DNA of 64,000 nucleotides from an uncultured Planctomycetota bacterium (GTDB taxonomy: Bacteria > Planctomycetota > Planctomycetia > Gemmatales > HRBIN36). Below the pieces are notes generated by a model. That model saw nothing but the letters and a program-made list of their open reading frames with translations. It ran no database searches and was not told where the DNA came from. The translations under genes and the position numbers were made by a program. This document shows, in pieces, positions 19,455 through 30,180 of the stretch. Each line of letters opens with the position of its first letter. The stretch's first letter is position 1. The stretch lies in assembly GCA_937944855.1 (NCBI GenBank), contig CALFAY010000032.1, positions 10,194 to 74,193 on the forward strand, given 5' to 3'.

Positions 19455-20210
19455 ATGGAAAAGTATCTGCGGCCTGGGATTGCGGAACTGGTGGGCACGT
19501 TTTTTCTGACCTTCATTGGAGCCGGAGCGATCTGCGTCAATGCCATGCTGCAAAGCTACGGCGAAACCGGCTCGGGCCTGCTTGGGGTCGCCATCGCTCA
19601 TGGACTGGCGTTGGGGATCGGCATTACGGCGACCATGGCCATCTCCGGCGGTCATCTCAATCCCGCCGTCACCATCACGATGTGGGTGTACAAGAAGATC
19701 GATACCGACATGGCCGTGACCTACATTCTCTTCCAATTGCTGGGAGCAGTCATTGCCGGGGGGCTGATCGTGCTCTTCTTTCAGCAGCAGACTGCCGTGG
19801 CCCGCGACGCCGCCTTCGGCACTCCGCACATCAACACCAGGATCCTGCACGTCACCGAGCAGACCAGCACGTTGCAGATCCAGGCTTGGGCAGCGGCCAT
19901 CGAGGTCGTCCTGACGTTCTTACTGGTATTCACGGTCTTCGGCACGGCCGTGGATCCACGGGCACCCAAGGTCGGCGGGTTCGCCATCGGCCTGATCGTC
20001 GCCGCCGACATTCTCATGGGAGGACCGCTTACCGGAGCGGCGATGAATCCGGCGCGGGCCTTCGGTCCTGCCATCTGGGAGGCAGGCGTCATGGGGTTCG
20101 ACAAGATGCGCGACCATCTGGTTTACTGGGTCGGTCCCATCGTCGGCGGCATCCTGGCCGGCGGCGTGTACGTCAACCTGTTCCTTCCGGGTGACAACAA
20201 GGCGGGCTGA
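19455..20210 (+). CDS. MIP/aquaporin family channel (AqpZ-like)
   Basis: From ATG 19455. It has two NPA boxes (GGHLNPAVT and GAAMNPARAFGP) and six hydrophobic segments. Confidence 0.85.
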   Translation: MEKYLRPGIAELVGTFFLTFIGAGAICVNAMLQSYGETGSGLLGVAIAHGLALGIGITATMAISGGHLNPAVTITMWVYKKIDTDMAVTYILFQLLGAVIAGGLIVLFFQQQTAVARDAAFGTPHINTRILHVTEQTSTLQIQAWAAAIEVVLTFLLVFTVFGTAVDPRAPKVGGFAIGLIVAADILMGGPLTGAAMNPARAFGPAIWEAGVMGFDKMRDHLVYWVGPIVGGILAGGVYVNLFLPGDNKAG

Positions 20211-20218
20211 CACATCGA

Positions 20219-21238
20219 TCAGACCGGCACGACCTGCCCGGTGCGGACCGATTCGCATTCCCTGAAACACATGACCAGAGCATCCCGAGCCAACTTGCCG
20301 CTGAGGAGATCTGGTTCCTTACCGGAGCGGACAGCGTCGGCGGCGCACTGCAACTCAGCCGTGAAGGCGGTGGTGGCATCTTCGCCGCCGGCCAGTTGAG
20401 GACTTTCGCTGCGACCGTCGGGATGCAGAACGGTCAGGGACCGACAATCCGATTGGTACGTCAGCGTCGCTTTTTCCAGGTACAGCTCGTAACCGTGGAC
20501 GAAAGGCCGAGCTTTCTGGCAAATCGCTCCGCTGGTGCAACTGATCGCTGGTCCGTCTTCGTAAAGGTACTGCGTGGTCAGATGCTCGACGACGCCGTTG
20601 CTGATGACGCCGCGTGAGAACACGGCCTTCGGCACACCGCACACCAATCCGATGAAATGGGTATCATGGATGTGCAGATCGACGGCAGGTCCGCCGGTCT
20701 TGGCTGCATCGGCGATGTCCGCCGACCAGTCCGGCTTGCTGATGACGCGAAGGAAGTGCCCCGCGAGCAGCTTGCCGTATTTTCCACTGCGGATCGCCTC
20801 GGCAGCGAAAGCGAATTCTGGAAAGAATGGCAGAACATGGGCGACCATCAGAAGCCGTCCCGCCTGTCGAGTCGCTTGCACCATCGCGTCGGCATCTTCC
20901 GGAGTCAAGGCGATGGCTTTTTCGACGAGGACGTGTTTTCCAACCCTTAAGGCAGCGACGGCTGCGGAAGCGTGCAGGTGCGTGGGCAGGCAGATGTCCA
21001 CGAGGTCGATGTCGGGATCGGCGAGCAGGTCGTCGAGGCGCTGGTACTTCTTCACCCCGCTCAGGTCCATCATCTCGCCGCGTGGTCCGAAGTTTCCCTG
21101 AATGGACCGCCAGTCGCCGGCGAGTTTCTTCGGATCCCGGCTGTGCAGCGCGGTCACAGCCGCATCCTTCAGTTTGCGGGCCGCCAGGTAGTGGATCATG
21201 CCCATAAAGCCGATGCCGACGATACCGATACGGACCAT
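20219..21238 (-). CDS. Gfo/Idh/MocA family NAD(P)-dependent oxidoreductase
   Basis: 339 aa. MVRIGIVGIGFMGMIH Rossmann N-terminus and the family-typical EKA/LVEKAIAL region. Confidence 0.85.
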   Translation of the reverse strand: MVRIGIVGIGFMGMIHYLAARKLKDAAVTALHSRDPKKLAGDWRSIQGNFGPRGEMMDLSGVKKYQRLDDLLADPDIDLVDICLPTHLHASAAVAALRVGKHVLVEKAIALTPEDADAMVQATRQAGRLLMVAHVLPFFPEFAFAAEAIRSGKYGKLLAGHFLRVISKPDWSADIADAAKTGGPAVDLHIHDTHFIGLVCGVPKAVFSRGVISNGVVEHLTTQYLYEDGPAISCTSGAICQKARPFVHGYELYLEKATLTYQSDCRSLTVLHPDGRSESPQLAGGEDATTAFTAELQCAADAVRSGKEPDLLSGKLARDALVMCFRECESVRTGQVVPV

Positions 21239-21299
21239 GGCCCCCCTCCTGACGGGCGGAATCGCGTTTCACCAGCGTCTCGCAAACCTGCTCCCGGCA

Positions 21300-23546
21300 T
21301 CAGGGGTTGTCATCTCCCTGATTTTGTCGCGGCAAGGGCGGAGGCGCAGCTTTCAACCGCGAACCATCCGCCGACGGGTCCGGTTTCAGACTGTTGGCAA
21401 TGCGAACAGCCTCGACCTGCAACGCTGGATTCTCAGTTGTGGCAGCCAGCTGGACCAGGACCGCAAGCTGCTCCGGCTTCAGAAAAATGCCGTGTCGCTG
21501 CATGCTTGCCCGCAGATACTTCGCCGCTTCGGCACGAACTTCCTCGGAACGGGAACCGTTGATGACCAAGTCGGCCAGGGCTTGTTGATTGGCTTTGCCG
21601 CCGAGCAGGGCGAGCACGGCGGAAGCGCCGGGGGCCAGATCGTCGTTTCCCAAGGCCCGAATCACGCTCGTTTGCGCGAGCCGGACATCGTAGCCGGATT
21701 TCTCGCCGGAAGCCATGCGTCGCAACCATTCCAGGGCACGGTGGGCGTAGTCCTTGCGTTCCGCTTCGGAGAGTGGAATGGCCTGACGGCTTGGCTGCGT
21801 CGGCTCCAAGCTCAGCTTGAGCATCTCAACCGTAGCTGGCACGGGGGAAATGACTGACACGCGGGGATAGCGCGAAGCCAGGGCTGTCATGGCGTTCTGT
21901 TGATCCGGCTCGGCGACGAGCACGATGGGGATGCCGGCGGTGTCAGCATTGCCGCGCAATTGGGCCACTACGACATTGACTCCGCCGACTTCTGCCAGCT
22001 TCGGATCGAGAAATACGATCTCAACATCGCCCAGTTCCGTAGCCAGCTTCACAGTCTGCCGGCCGTTGAGGGCGATACTCGGTTCGTAGCCGAGTTGGCG
22101 GACCAGATCCGCGAACTCCCGGGCCGTCTCCTCCTTGGAGAATCCGATGACGGCACGCGGAGCGGCCTCGCCGGTGATCGCCCGACGCAGCACTTCCACG
22201 ACGCGACTGGCTCCCGCAAATCCGTCGGCGGTAGGAATGTTCAGAATCGCTTCAGCGGCGGCCATTTGGACGCGCCGATCCGGATAGCTCAAGGCTCGAA
22301 CCAGGGGAGGCAAGCCCTGTGCGGAATTGCGGATGAGCCTCCATTCGCCGACCGGTTGCAAGGCCCGCGCCGCCGCCAAGGCCACGGTGCTGCGTTGTTC
22401 GGCCAGGGCTTTGTCGAGAATTTTTTCGATCAGCTGGCTGCGTGAGCCGCTCAGAAGCTGATGCACTTCCGGAGCGATTCTGTCCAGTCCCTGGTCCACT
22501 CCGCCGCGCTCATGGGCCTTGTCGATGAGGGCGCTGAGGAGCAGAACCTGCGCGGGTTCGTAGGTCGGATCCAGTTCCAGGGCCTTTCGCGCCCAGTAGA
22601 ACGCCCAGTATTCCTCCGCCTGCGAAGGCGTCAGCACCTTGGGGGTGGGGCCGGTCGTGTCGTTCCAGATCCACACCGTCGGGTTGCCTCCCGGTGGGAA
22701 TTCGACTTCGTGGTTGTACCAGCGGGCGGCTTCCTGGAGGCACATGGCCCGGGCATCGGCCAATTCCGAAACCGGCGTATGGGTGAAACGACTCAAGGCA
22801 GTCCTGGCCCGGTCCCGAATGGCCGGGAGCGCCTCCTTGCTTCCTGAGAGGAACCACAGATACGGCACGATCCGCTCGTCGGCGCTGAACAGGAACCAGT
22901 CCAGGACCATCATCTGAAGACGGCTGTCTTTGCTGTCCAGACAGGCCAGCAGAGGCGGACCGGCATCGCGGTTCAGTTTGAAAAGCGCGGAGTAATACGG
23001 TTCCTTGGACTTGGCATCGAGCTGCGGATCACGCAGCATCTCGACCAGGGCTGGGATGGCGAGAGGACCGGCCCGACGCAGTTGGTCGATGGCGTAGGTC
23101 CGTTCCTCCGTCGTACCCGCTAGTCTCGGCACGAAGAAGCGAATCCGCTCCGGGTCGCGGAAACGAAGCGTCACGGCCCGGCTGATCTGCTGCACGAGCA
23201 AGTCCACGACGGGACGTTCTTTGTCGGTTTCCGGGTCTTTGGCTTTCAGCTCCCGCAGTTCGGCAATGTTGCTGAGCTTGACGAAATAGGCGAGGCCCTC
23301 CTTCTCGTACAGCGAAATCAAGAGCTTTTCCCGATCCGGCTCGGCAGTCAGCCTGTCCCAGAAGTTCTTGAGTTGGTCCCGGGCACGACGGTAGTTGCCC
23401 AGGTTGATTTCGTACTTGACCACGGCCCAGAACTCGCGCGTGGTCTCCGGAACTCGGTTGTAGGGGAGGTAGAGATCGTCATCCTGAGCAAGCAGACAGG
23501 CGGCGCTCAGGAGCGTCAACAGTCCTGCGGACATGAAGCGGATCAT
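21300..23546 (-). CDS. Secreted HEAT-repeat protein with a C-terminal receiver-like (pseudo-receiver) domain
   Basis: Start moved to ATG 23546 (MIRFMSAGLLTLLSAACLLAQDD is signal-peptide-like). It has HEAT-like repeats (GPLAIPALVEMLRDP..., LPPLVRALSYPDRRVQMAAAEAI). A CheY-like segment follows, AVIGFSKEE...VEIVFLDPKL...IPIVLVAEPD...VSVISPVP, with non-canonical acidic-pocket, Thr and Lys positions. Confidence 0.65.
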   Translation of the reverse strand: MIRFMSAGLLTLLSAACLLAQDDDLYLPYNRVPETTREFWAVVKYEINLGNYRRARDQLKNFWDRLTAEPDREKLLISLYEKEGLAYFVKLSNIAELRELKAKDPETDKERPVVDLLVQQISRAVTLRFRDPERIRFFVPRLAGTTEERTYAIDQLRRAGPLAIPALVEMLRDPQLDAKSKEPYYSALFKLNRDAGPPLLACLDSKDSRLQMMVLDWFLFSADERIVPYLWFLSGSKEALPAIRDRARTALSRFTHTPVSELADARAMCLQEAARWYNHEVEFPPGGNPTVWIWNDTTGPTPKVLTPSQAEEYWAFYWARKALELDPTYEPAQVLLLSALIDKAHERGGVDQGLDRIAPEVHQLLSGSRSQLIEKILDKALAEQRSTVALAAARALQPVGEWRLIRNSAQGLPPLVRALSYPDRRVQMAAAEAILNIPTADGFAGASRVVEVLRRAITGEAAPRAVIGFSKEETAREFADLVRQLGYEPSIALNGRQTVKLATELGDVEIVFLDPKLAEVGGVNVVVAQLRGNADTAGIPIVLVAEPDQQNAMTALASRYPRVSVISPVPATVEMLKLSLEPTQPSRQAIPLSEAERKDYAHRALEWLRRMASGEKSGYDVRLAQTSVIRALGNDDLAPGASAVLALLGGKANQQALADLVINGSRSEEVRAEAAKYLRASMQRHGIFLKPEQLAVLVQLAATTENPALQVEAVRIANSLKPDPSADGSRLKAAPPPLPRQNQGDDNP

Positions 23547-23641
23547 GATGTGCCTCTCTTGATGTCTCTTCTGTTCCCGTCGTAACCCCTCGCCTCGCAT
23601 TTGCCCTGATGGGAAGGACGTCAGCAAGGGGGCCAGCCAAC

Positions 23642-24925
23642 TCAGACTTCCAACTCTTGCCGAACCAAGTCCTCGTAGGTATCGCGGCGGCGAATGAGCC
23701 GATGCGAGTGGCCGTCCACAAGCACTTCAGCGGCACGCAGTCGGCCGTTGTAATTCGAACTCATGGCGATGCCATATGCTCCGGCACTGAAGGTCGCCAG
23801 CAAATCGCCCCGCTTGAGCATGGGCAGATAGCGGTCCCGAGCCAGGTAATCACCCGATTCGCACACCGCTCCGACCACGTCGGTCAACTGGGTGTTCGGC
23901 ATCGCCGTTTCGTAGTCCTCCGGTGGCGCGGGCACGTCGGCTGACGGCTCCACCGGCCAGATCCGGTGAAAGGCCTCGTAGAGCGTCGGACGAATCAGGT
24001 CGGTCATCGCCGCGTCCTGGATCACAAAATGCCGACCGCCCGAATCCTTCGTGTACAACACGCGGCTGACCAGGATGCCGGCGTTGCCGACGATGAACCG
24101 TCCTGGCTCGAGAATCAACTGACATCCTGTCATCCGCACGGCCGGGAGAATGACCTCGGCGAACGCCTCAGCGGGGAGGGCTTCCTGCTTGCGATAGTTG
24201 ATGCCAAAGCCTCCTCCCGTGTTGAGATAGCGAATCGCGTGGCCCATCTGCCGTAGCTGGGCAATGAGCGGAACGGCCCGTTCCAGGGCCTGCCGATACG
24301 GCTCCGTGGTATAGATCGGCGAGCCGAGATGCATGTGCAATCCCTGCAAGCGGATCCAGGAGTGGCCGATCAGTTTCTGCCCAATGCTGCGGATGCGGTC
24401 CCAATCCAGACCGAACTTCGTACCCCGCTTGCCGGTCGTGGTTTTGACGTGGGTGTGCGGATCGACATCCGGATTGACCCGCAGAGCGATGGCTACTTTC
24501 TTGCCTAACGCCTGGGCGACCTCGGCCAGAGCCTGGAGTTCGCCCTCGCTTTCGACGTTGAACATCAAGACGCCCGCTTCGATGCCGTAGCGCATCTCAT
24601 CGTCGGTCTTGCCCACGCCAGCGAAGACGATGCGGTCCCCGGTGCCGCCCGCCAGTAAAGCCCGATACAGTTCGCCGCCGCTGGTCACGTCGAAGCCCGC
24701 TCCCGCTTCCCGCATCAGCCGGGCGATGCTGAGATTGCCGTTTGTTTTCAGGCTGTAGCAGATCAGAGGCTCGGCCGAGGCGAAGGCTCGTTGGAGAACG
24801 TGAACGTGATGCAGCAGGGTCTTTTTGGAATAGACCCACAGCGGGGTGCCGTAGGTTTCGGCCAACAGCCGCACTGGCACTGCTTCACAGTACAAAACGC
24901 GGTCGTGGTACTGGAAATGATCCAT
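23642..24925 (-). CDS. lysA: Diaminopimelate decarboxylase
   Basis: 427 aa. PLP-dependent Orn/DAP/Arg decarboxylase motifs: ICYSLKTN, LNTGGGFGI, GAVCESGD. Confidence 0.9.
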   Translation of the reverse strand: MDHFQYHDRVLYCEAVPVRLLAETYGTPLWVYSKKTLLHHVHVLQRAFASAEPLICYSLKTNGNLSIARLMREAGAGFDVTSGGELYRALLAGGTGDRIVFAGVGKTDDEMRYGIEAGVLMFNVESEGELQALAEVAQALGKKVAIALRVNPDVDPHTHVKTTTGKRGTKFGLDWDRIRSIGQKLIGHSWIRLQGLHMHLGSPIYTTEPYRQALERAVPLIAQLRQMGHAIRYLNTGGGFGINYRKQEALPAEAFAEVILPAVRMTGCQLILEPGRFIVGNAGILVSRVLYTKDSGGRHFVIQDAAMTDLIRPTLYEAFHRIWPVEPSADVPAPPEDYETAMPNTQLTDVVGAVCESGDYLARDRYLPMLKRGDLLATFSAGAYGIAMSSNYNGRLRAAEVLVDGHSHRLIRRRDTYEDLVRQELEV

Positions 24926-25003
24926 CGTTTCCCGACATCCGGGCGAGAGCCGGCCTGGGAGAGCGCTCCGGTCCCCTCTCTGCCGGCATATTCGTTCATC
25001 TAA

Positions 25004-26392
25004 TCACATGCGGGCATCCGTATCCAGTCTCTCCCGCCATCGTCGCAGTTGGACGGCAACCTGTTCCGGTCCGGTTGAGCCAAGGCTGCGGAATGCGCGG
25101 AGGGCGTTTCGGACGCCGACAATGTGATATACCCCGGGACTCAAACCGGGGCGAATGGCGTCGTACTCTTCGGGCGGCAGGTCGGTCAGACGGCAGCCGC
25201 GCTCCTCGCACTTGCGGACCAGCTTACCAACCGCTTCGTGGGCCGAACGCATCGGCATCCCGGCCAGAACCAGATGCTCCATCAAAGTCGTCGCGTCCAG
25301 AAAGCCATCCTCAAGCCGCTCGGCGAGGGCTTCAGGACGGAAACGGGCGGCGCGAATCAGCGAAGCGGCCATGCGGAGGCAGGCGGCGAGCGTGTCGAAA
25401 GCGTCAAATACCGCCTGTTTGTCCTCTTGCAAATCACGGTTGTAGGCCAGGGGGAGGCCTTTGACGAGCACCAGCAACCGGTGCAGATCGCCGACCACCC
25501 GGGCCGACTTGCCCCGGATCAACTCGAGCACGTCCGGGTTCTTCTTGTGGGGCATGATGCTGGAGCCGGTGCAGAACGCATCGGGCAGGTCCAGGAAGCG
25601 GAACTCGACCGTGGACCAGACGATCCACTCTTCAGCCCAGCCGGACAGGTGCACACCGATCATTGCCAGCGCGAAGACGAACTCGATCAAGAAATCGCGG
25701 TCGCTGGAGGCGTCGAGGCTGTTGGCGGCGATCCGGGCGAAGCCGAGCTGCTTTCGGACCGATTCACGGTCTATGGGCAACGACGTACCGGCCAGAGCGG
25801 CCGCGCCCAAAGGAAGCTCGTCCATGCGGTCTCGACAATCCAGCAGGCGAGTCCGGTCGCGTTCCAGCTTCTCCGCATAGGCCAGAAAGTAATGCGATGC
25901 CAGGATGGGTTGGGCGCGTTGCAGGTGGGTGTACCCCGGCAAGATCAGGTCGGCATGGCGTTCTGCCGCTTCGACCAAAGCCCGCTGCACGTCCCGGACC
26001 AGCCCGACGATCGTGTCGAGGGCGTCGCGGGTCCACAACTTCATGTCGGTGGCGACCTGGTCGTTGCGGCTTCTCCCGGTGTGCAGTTTTCGGCCGACGT
26101 CTCCGAGGCGTTCGATGAGCGCTCGCTCGATGTGGGTGTGGATGTCTTCCAGCTCGACCCGGAACGCGAATTGGCCGGTCTCGATCTCGCTGCGGATCGT
26201 TTGCAAAGCCGCAACAATGGCCTCGGCCTCCTCGGCGGTCAGCAGGCCGACCTCGGCCAACATGCGAGCATGAGCCATGCTGGCAGCGATGTCGTGGGCG
26301 TAGAGGCGTCGATCGAAGGAGATCGACTCCGTGAACTCTTCGACGCGTTGGTCCGTGTCTCCCTGGAAACGACCGCCCCAAGTCTTGTGCAT
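25004..26392 (-). CDS. argH: Argininosuccinate lyase
   Basis: From ATG 26392: [21 protein letters not shown], and the fumarate-lyase signature [12 protein letters not shown]. Confidence 0.9.
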   Translation of the reverse strand: MHKTWGGRFQGDTDQRVEEFTESISFDRRLYAHDIAASMAHARMLAEVGLLTAEEAEAIVAALQTIRSEIETGQFAFRVELEDIHTHIERALIERLGDVGRKLHTGRSRNDQVATDMKLWTRDALDTIVGLVRDVQRALVEAAERHADLILPGYTHLQRAQPILASHYFLAYAEKLERDRTRLLDCRDRMDELPLGAAALAGTSLPIDRESVRKQLGFARIAANSLDASSDRDFLIEFVFALAMIGVHLSGWAEEWIVWSTVEFRFLDLPDAFCTGSSIMPHKKNPDVLELIRGKSARVVGDLHRLLVLVKGLPLAYNRDLQEDKQAVFDAFDTLAACLRMAASLIRAARFRPEALAERLEDGFLDATTLMEHLVLAGMPMRSAHEAVGKLVRKCEERGCRLTDLPPEEYDAIRPGLSPGVYHIVGVRNALRAFRSLGSTGPEQVAVQLRRWRERLDTDARM

Positions 26393-26485
26393 TGCCGAGA
26401 ATATCCGTGAGCTACCTGCCCGCCGAAATGGCACGGGAAAACGCCCCGTGTTCTTCGCCAGGCTGACTGGTGGCTCCCCGCGGCT

Positions 26486-27424
26486 TCACAGGTCGTAGCC
26501 CAGGTCCGCCAGCGGCAGGCCGGTCAACTGGCTGGTCCGCGCATTGCTGTCTTTGTAGCGATCGCCGACCGCCTCGCACACTACGGCGCGCAGCCGTCGT
26601 TCCAGTGCCGTTGACAGCGAACGCGGCACCCAGGCGTCCACGGCTCCGACGTACCGCTTCAGGAAGTGCTCGGCCTTGCGCAGCGGGAACCAGACCTGCG
26701 GGTTGAGGCGATCCCGCTGCACGACGGGATTGAGACGTCGCTTGAGAGCCACGGCAAAACCGGACAATCCCTCGTTCTCCTTCTCGCCGAACGGCAGCGT
26801 ATCCAGGATCGCCTCATCGCATCGGACCCCGGCAAAGGACAGAATCCTGGCTGCAAACTCGCGTGGCGTTTGGCGAAACGTCTCGAAGGGCAGGACCAGT
26901 ACGTTTTCCCGACCGAACAGCCGCTGGTAGTAGGCGATCAATCGGTGGTACTTGAAATGATCGAAGTCAAACATCGGCACTCGGCTTCGCCCCCGTTCCG
27001 GCGGGAAGAGGTAGTGGCGGATTGGCGCCGTCCCCCCCGCCCGAACGTATTGCTTGTACGTCGAGAGGATGATGCTCTTCTGCTCCCGCACCACGATCAG
27101 GATCCGGCCTTCGGGGACCACAGCAGCCAGCCGATCTGCGATCTCCTTGCTGTCGTAGCCGCCGGAGTGCGGATTGCCGCACAGGCGTTCGGCCGAGAGC
27201 ACTGGGATTTTTCCCTGATCCGCGATTTCCTCGAAGCGGGGCTGAAAGTGTTCTCGACAGGCGGCGGCGTTGAAGTCCAGTGGGTGGGGAAAGACGATCC
27301 GCTCGTGAACGTCGGCGTGTTCCTCCAACGCGACGAAGCCCAGGTCTGTGCGGGCAAACAAGGAGCGCTGCAACCAGGTCGTGCCGGTCTTGTGGTAGCC
27401 GATGTGGAGCAGCGGTCGCGTCAT
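26486..27424 (-). CDS. Sulfotransferase family protein
   Basis: 312 aa. The N-terminal HIGYHKTGTTWLQ resembles the PAPS 5'-phosphosulfate-binding loop of sulfotransferases. Confidence 0.7.
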   Translation of the reverse strand: MTRPLLHIGYHKTGTTWLQRSLFARTDLGFVALEEHADVHERIVFPHPLDFNAAACREHFQPRFEEIADQGKIPVLSAERLCGNPHSGGYDSKEIADRLAAVVPEGRILIVVREQKSIILSTYKQYVRAGGTAPIRHYLFPPERGRSRVPMFDFDHFKYHRLIAYYQRLFGRENVLVLPFETFRQTPREFAARILSFAGVRCDEAILDTLPFGEKENEGLSGFAVALKRRLNPVVQRDRLNPQVWFPLRKAEHFLKRYVGAVDAWVPRSLSTALERRLRAVVCEAVGDRYKDSNARTSQLTGLPLADLGYDL

Positions 27425-27457
27425 CGCTATTGCCTCCGGGTCGCTTTGAACTGGAGA

Positions 27458-28477
27458 TCAGGCCGCGGAACGGCTGGGCACCTTGACACCCTGCAATGAC
27501 AAAGCCCAGCGGACTTTATCCGGCAAGCCCACAGGGACCGTCGCGGGGTCAACACGGAAAGCTCGAGGCCAGCGACTGGCCTGGCTGGAATAGGCCCAGG
27601 TGGCCAGGACGCGATTGCGGGTTTCGGCTCGGCCTCCGCGGTGGAAAGCAGCTGTGTCGGCCAGGACGAGCGTCCCCTTGGGAAAGCTGGCGGTCACCCA
27701 GTCGCAGGGTGGTATGTAGATCGGAAACTCTTTGCCCGGCGGTCGGGCACCGTCGAAGGGCGGATCCTGCGGCCACAAACTGCCGTACTTCTCTCCGGGC
27801 CGGCTATACGGGACGTACTGCATCGCACCGGAGGCTTCATCCACGTCGGTGAAGTAAAGGAAGCATTTGAGCAACTTGATGTCGGCTGGATCCCGATGCC
27901 ACTTCTGCCCGCCGATGAGCGGCCCATCGTGTTTGACAGCGATGGTGTCCCAGACATCGACATGATACATCCGCGTGTACATGCCGAAATAGCTGTTGGC
28001 CAGGTCGAGCACCTTGGGATACAAGGCTAACTGGAGCCAGGGCGAATCCCACGGGATCAGCTTGCCATCGACCTCCCGGCCATACCATCGCACCAGATAT
28101 TCTTTGAAATGAGCGTCTTTGTAGCCGATCTCTCGATAATGCCTTTCGCCTTCTTTGACCGCATCCGTGCTCAGCCAATTCTCGACGAGTTCGTTCAACT
28201 GGTGCCAATACCGGGCGTCTTCAAACAGTTCCATGAAAGAGACGTGGGCAAAACCCTTTTCCCGCAAGTCGGCCAGGAGCCGTTGCTGAACCGGGTTGAG
28301 CGACGGCGGATGAGAGGCGAACGCGCGAGCGGCTTCTCGGTTGTGCCAGTTCCAAAGCCGACGATAGGAGAATCTCAGCCAGGTATCGTACACTCCTAAA
28401 ACCGGCTTTTTCAGGCCAGGGACGCGGGCCAGCCACTGGATCGGCCGGGGACGAACGACCTTTGAACCTTTCTTCAT
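27458..28477 (-). CDS. PhyH-like Fe(II)/2-oxoglutarate-dependent dioxygenase family protein
   Basis: From ATG 28477 (MKKGSKVV...). QKWHRDP (HxD) and the downstream AAFHRG provide a 2-His-1-carboxylate triad. The spacing and surrounding sequence resemble the phytanoyl-CoA dioxygenase family. Confidence 0.6.
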   Translation of the reverse strand: MKKGSKVVRPRPIQWLARVPGLKKPVLGVYDTWLRFSYRRLWNWHNREAARAFASHPPSLNPVQQRLLADLREKGFAHVSFMELFEDARYWHQLNELVENWLSTDAVKEGERHYREIGYKDAHFKEYLVRWYGREVDGKLIPWDSPWLQLALYPKVLDLANSYFGMYTRMYHVDVWDTIAVKHDGPLIGGQKWHRDPADIKLLKCFLYFTDVDEASGAMQYVPYSRPGEKYGSLWPQDPPFDGARPPGKEFPIYIPPCDWVTASFPKGTLVLADTAAFHRGGRAETRNRVLATWAYSSQASRWPRAFRVDPATVPVGLPDKVRWALSLQGVKVPSRSAA

Positions 28478-28756
28478 GGAACAGCTTCCTTGCGGATGGA
28501 ACGGCATCCGGAACATCCACCACCTGCTCAAAGCGGGGCATTACCACGACTGGACGAATTGGGCAAGAGCAGATTGCGGCGCGGCCTGCGGTTGCGGCCA
28601 GTGTGTCCCCCGGAAACTTGACCACAGGTCGAATGGCATTCTGCCGCCGGATCAGGCCCAAAGTCGCCAGTTTTTTCGCTCCCGGAGGCTCTGCTGCTTT
28701 TACAATGGCAGAGCAAGATGGCTGATCGGCTGCCGGGGATGTGGTGAGGAGGGACT

Positions 28757-30044
28757 CATGAAGCCGCTTCGCTGGGCGGGAGGACTTTGCCTGATGGCAT
28801 CCGTCGTGACGCTCACCTTTGGAATGCAGGAAAACCCGACAGGCTCCGGAAGGGTCTGGCCGCCCGTGGACCAGTTGCCCGTCCAGCGCGAACTGCCAGA
28901 TTTGCTGCGGATGTCCGACGGCCGAAAAGTCGAGACGGCCGAGCAATGGCGGAAAGAGCGTCGGCCCGAGATGGTCGAGATGATCCAGCACTACATGTAC
29001 GGCTACTCTCCGCCACCGCCTGGTATCAACGCTCGCCTGACCAAGGACGATGCCGTGGTAGCCAATGGCAAGGGCCGTTTACGGGAAGTTGAAATCCGCT
29101 TCCGCGGCTTACCAGAAGAAGCTCCCCGCATCCGACTCGCATTGATCGTGCCGCGAAACGCCACAAGGGCAGTTCCCATTTTTCTTGCTCTGAACAAGTG
29201 CGGCAATGTGGAAGTGCTACCCGACGAGGCGATCACGCTGTTCCCCCAGGCCTGGCGTCACGAAGGTTGTCCCCAGCAGTTGCGCGGCTCCCAGACGGAT
29301 TTCTGGTGCGTCGAATACCTGCTTTCCTGCGGCTATGGCTTCGCTACGTTCCACGAAAGCGACATCGACCCGGACAAACACGACTTCAGCGACGGCATCC
29401 ATCCCTGGTACCGTCTGGCGGGACCTCCGGAAACCCACTGGGGGACCATCGCCGCCTGGGCCTGGGGCTTGCAGCGGGCCGTGGATTATCTCGTGACCGA
29501 TCCGCTGGTCGATGCGAAGCGCATCTGCCTGATCGGGCATTCCCGGCGCGGCAAGACGGCCCTTCTGGCTGCGGCCCTGGACGAACGGGTGGCGTTGGTC
29601 GTTCCCCACCAGTCTGGAACCGGAGGAATGGCCCTGAGCCGCGACAGCACCCAGGAAACCGTGGAGCGGATCAACCGCGTTTTCCCGCACTGGTTCAACG
29701 ACATGTTCACACGCTTCAATGACAAAGTCGAACGCCTGCCGTTCGATCAACATGCTCTGGTCGCTCTGGTGGCTCCGCGTCCGCTCCTCGATCCCGAGGG
29801 ATCGCAGGATCACTGGGCCAATTTTCCGCGTGCCCTGGATGCCCTGCGGGCGGCCGACCCGGTTTACAAGCTGCTTGGCGCCCGAGGACTGCACGGCACG
29901 GGGCTGGTGCAGGATGACGAACCGATCCTCGGTCCCAACTTCGGCACGATCATGCAGTATCGGTTAAACGAGAAACACACGCTCAACCGTCGCTTCTGGG
30001 AGAAAATCCTGGACTTCGCCGACGCCTCCCTGCAAAGCCCGTAG
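28757..30044 (+). CDS. Secreted carbohydrate esterase family 15-like (glucuronoyl esterase) alpha/beta hydrolase
   Basis: From ATG 28757 (MKPLRWAGGLCLMASVVTLTFG is a signal peptide). The nucleophile motif is GHSRRGKTAL (G-x-S-R-x-G-K), as in CE15 enzymes. Confidence 0.65.
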
Positions 30045-30180
30045 AAAGGTCATATGCCGACTCACCCGCAGTGAACGCAGCGGGCGGCTCCCGGGCAAGG
30101 GCTTGTCAGCAAGCCGAGCGGGGGGTAAGGTGACTGTGACTTCCCCCTAACTTCCGCATTTCCTGAAAGGAGCGTCAGCC

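Noticed and set aside
28476-28756. N-terminal extensions of track ORFs upstream of better starts. Examples: 28476-28756, 47293-47958, 53616-53915, 37685-37834, 12093-12302, 13082-13141, 18633-18998, 4362-4592.
   Set aside because: The extensions overlap neighbouring genes or have junk-like Arg/Pro/Cys composition. Internal ATGs preceded by RBS-like sequences give N-termini that match the family (signal peptides or conserved first motifs).
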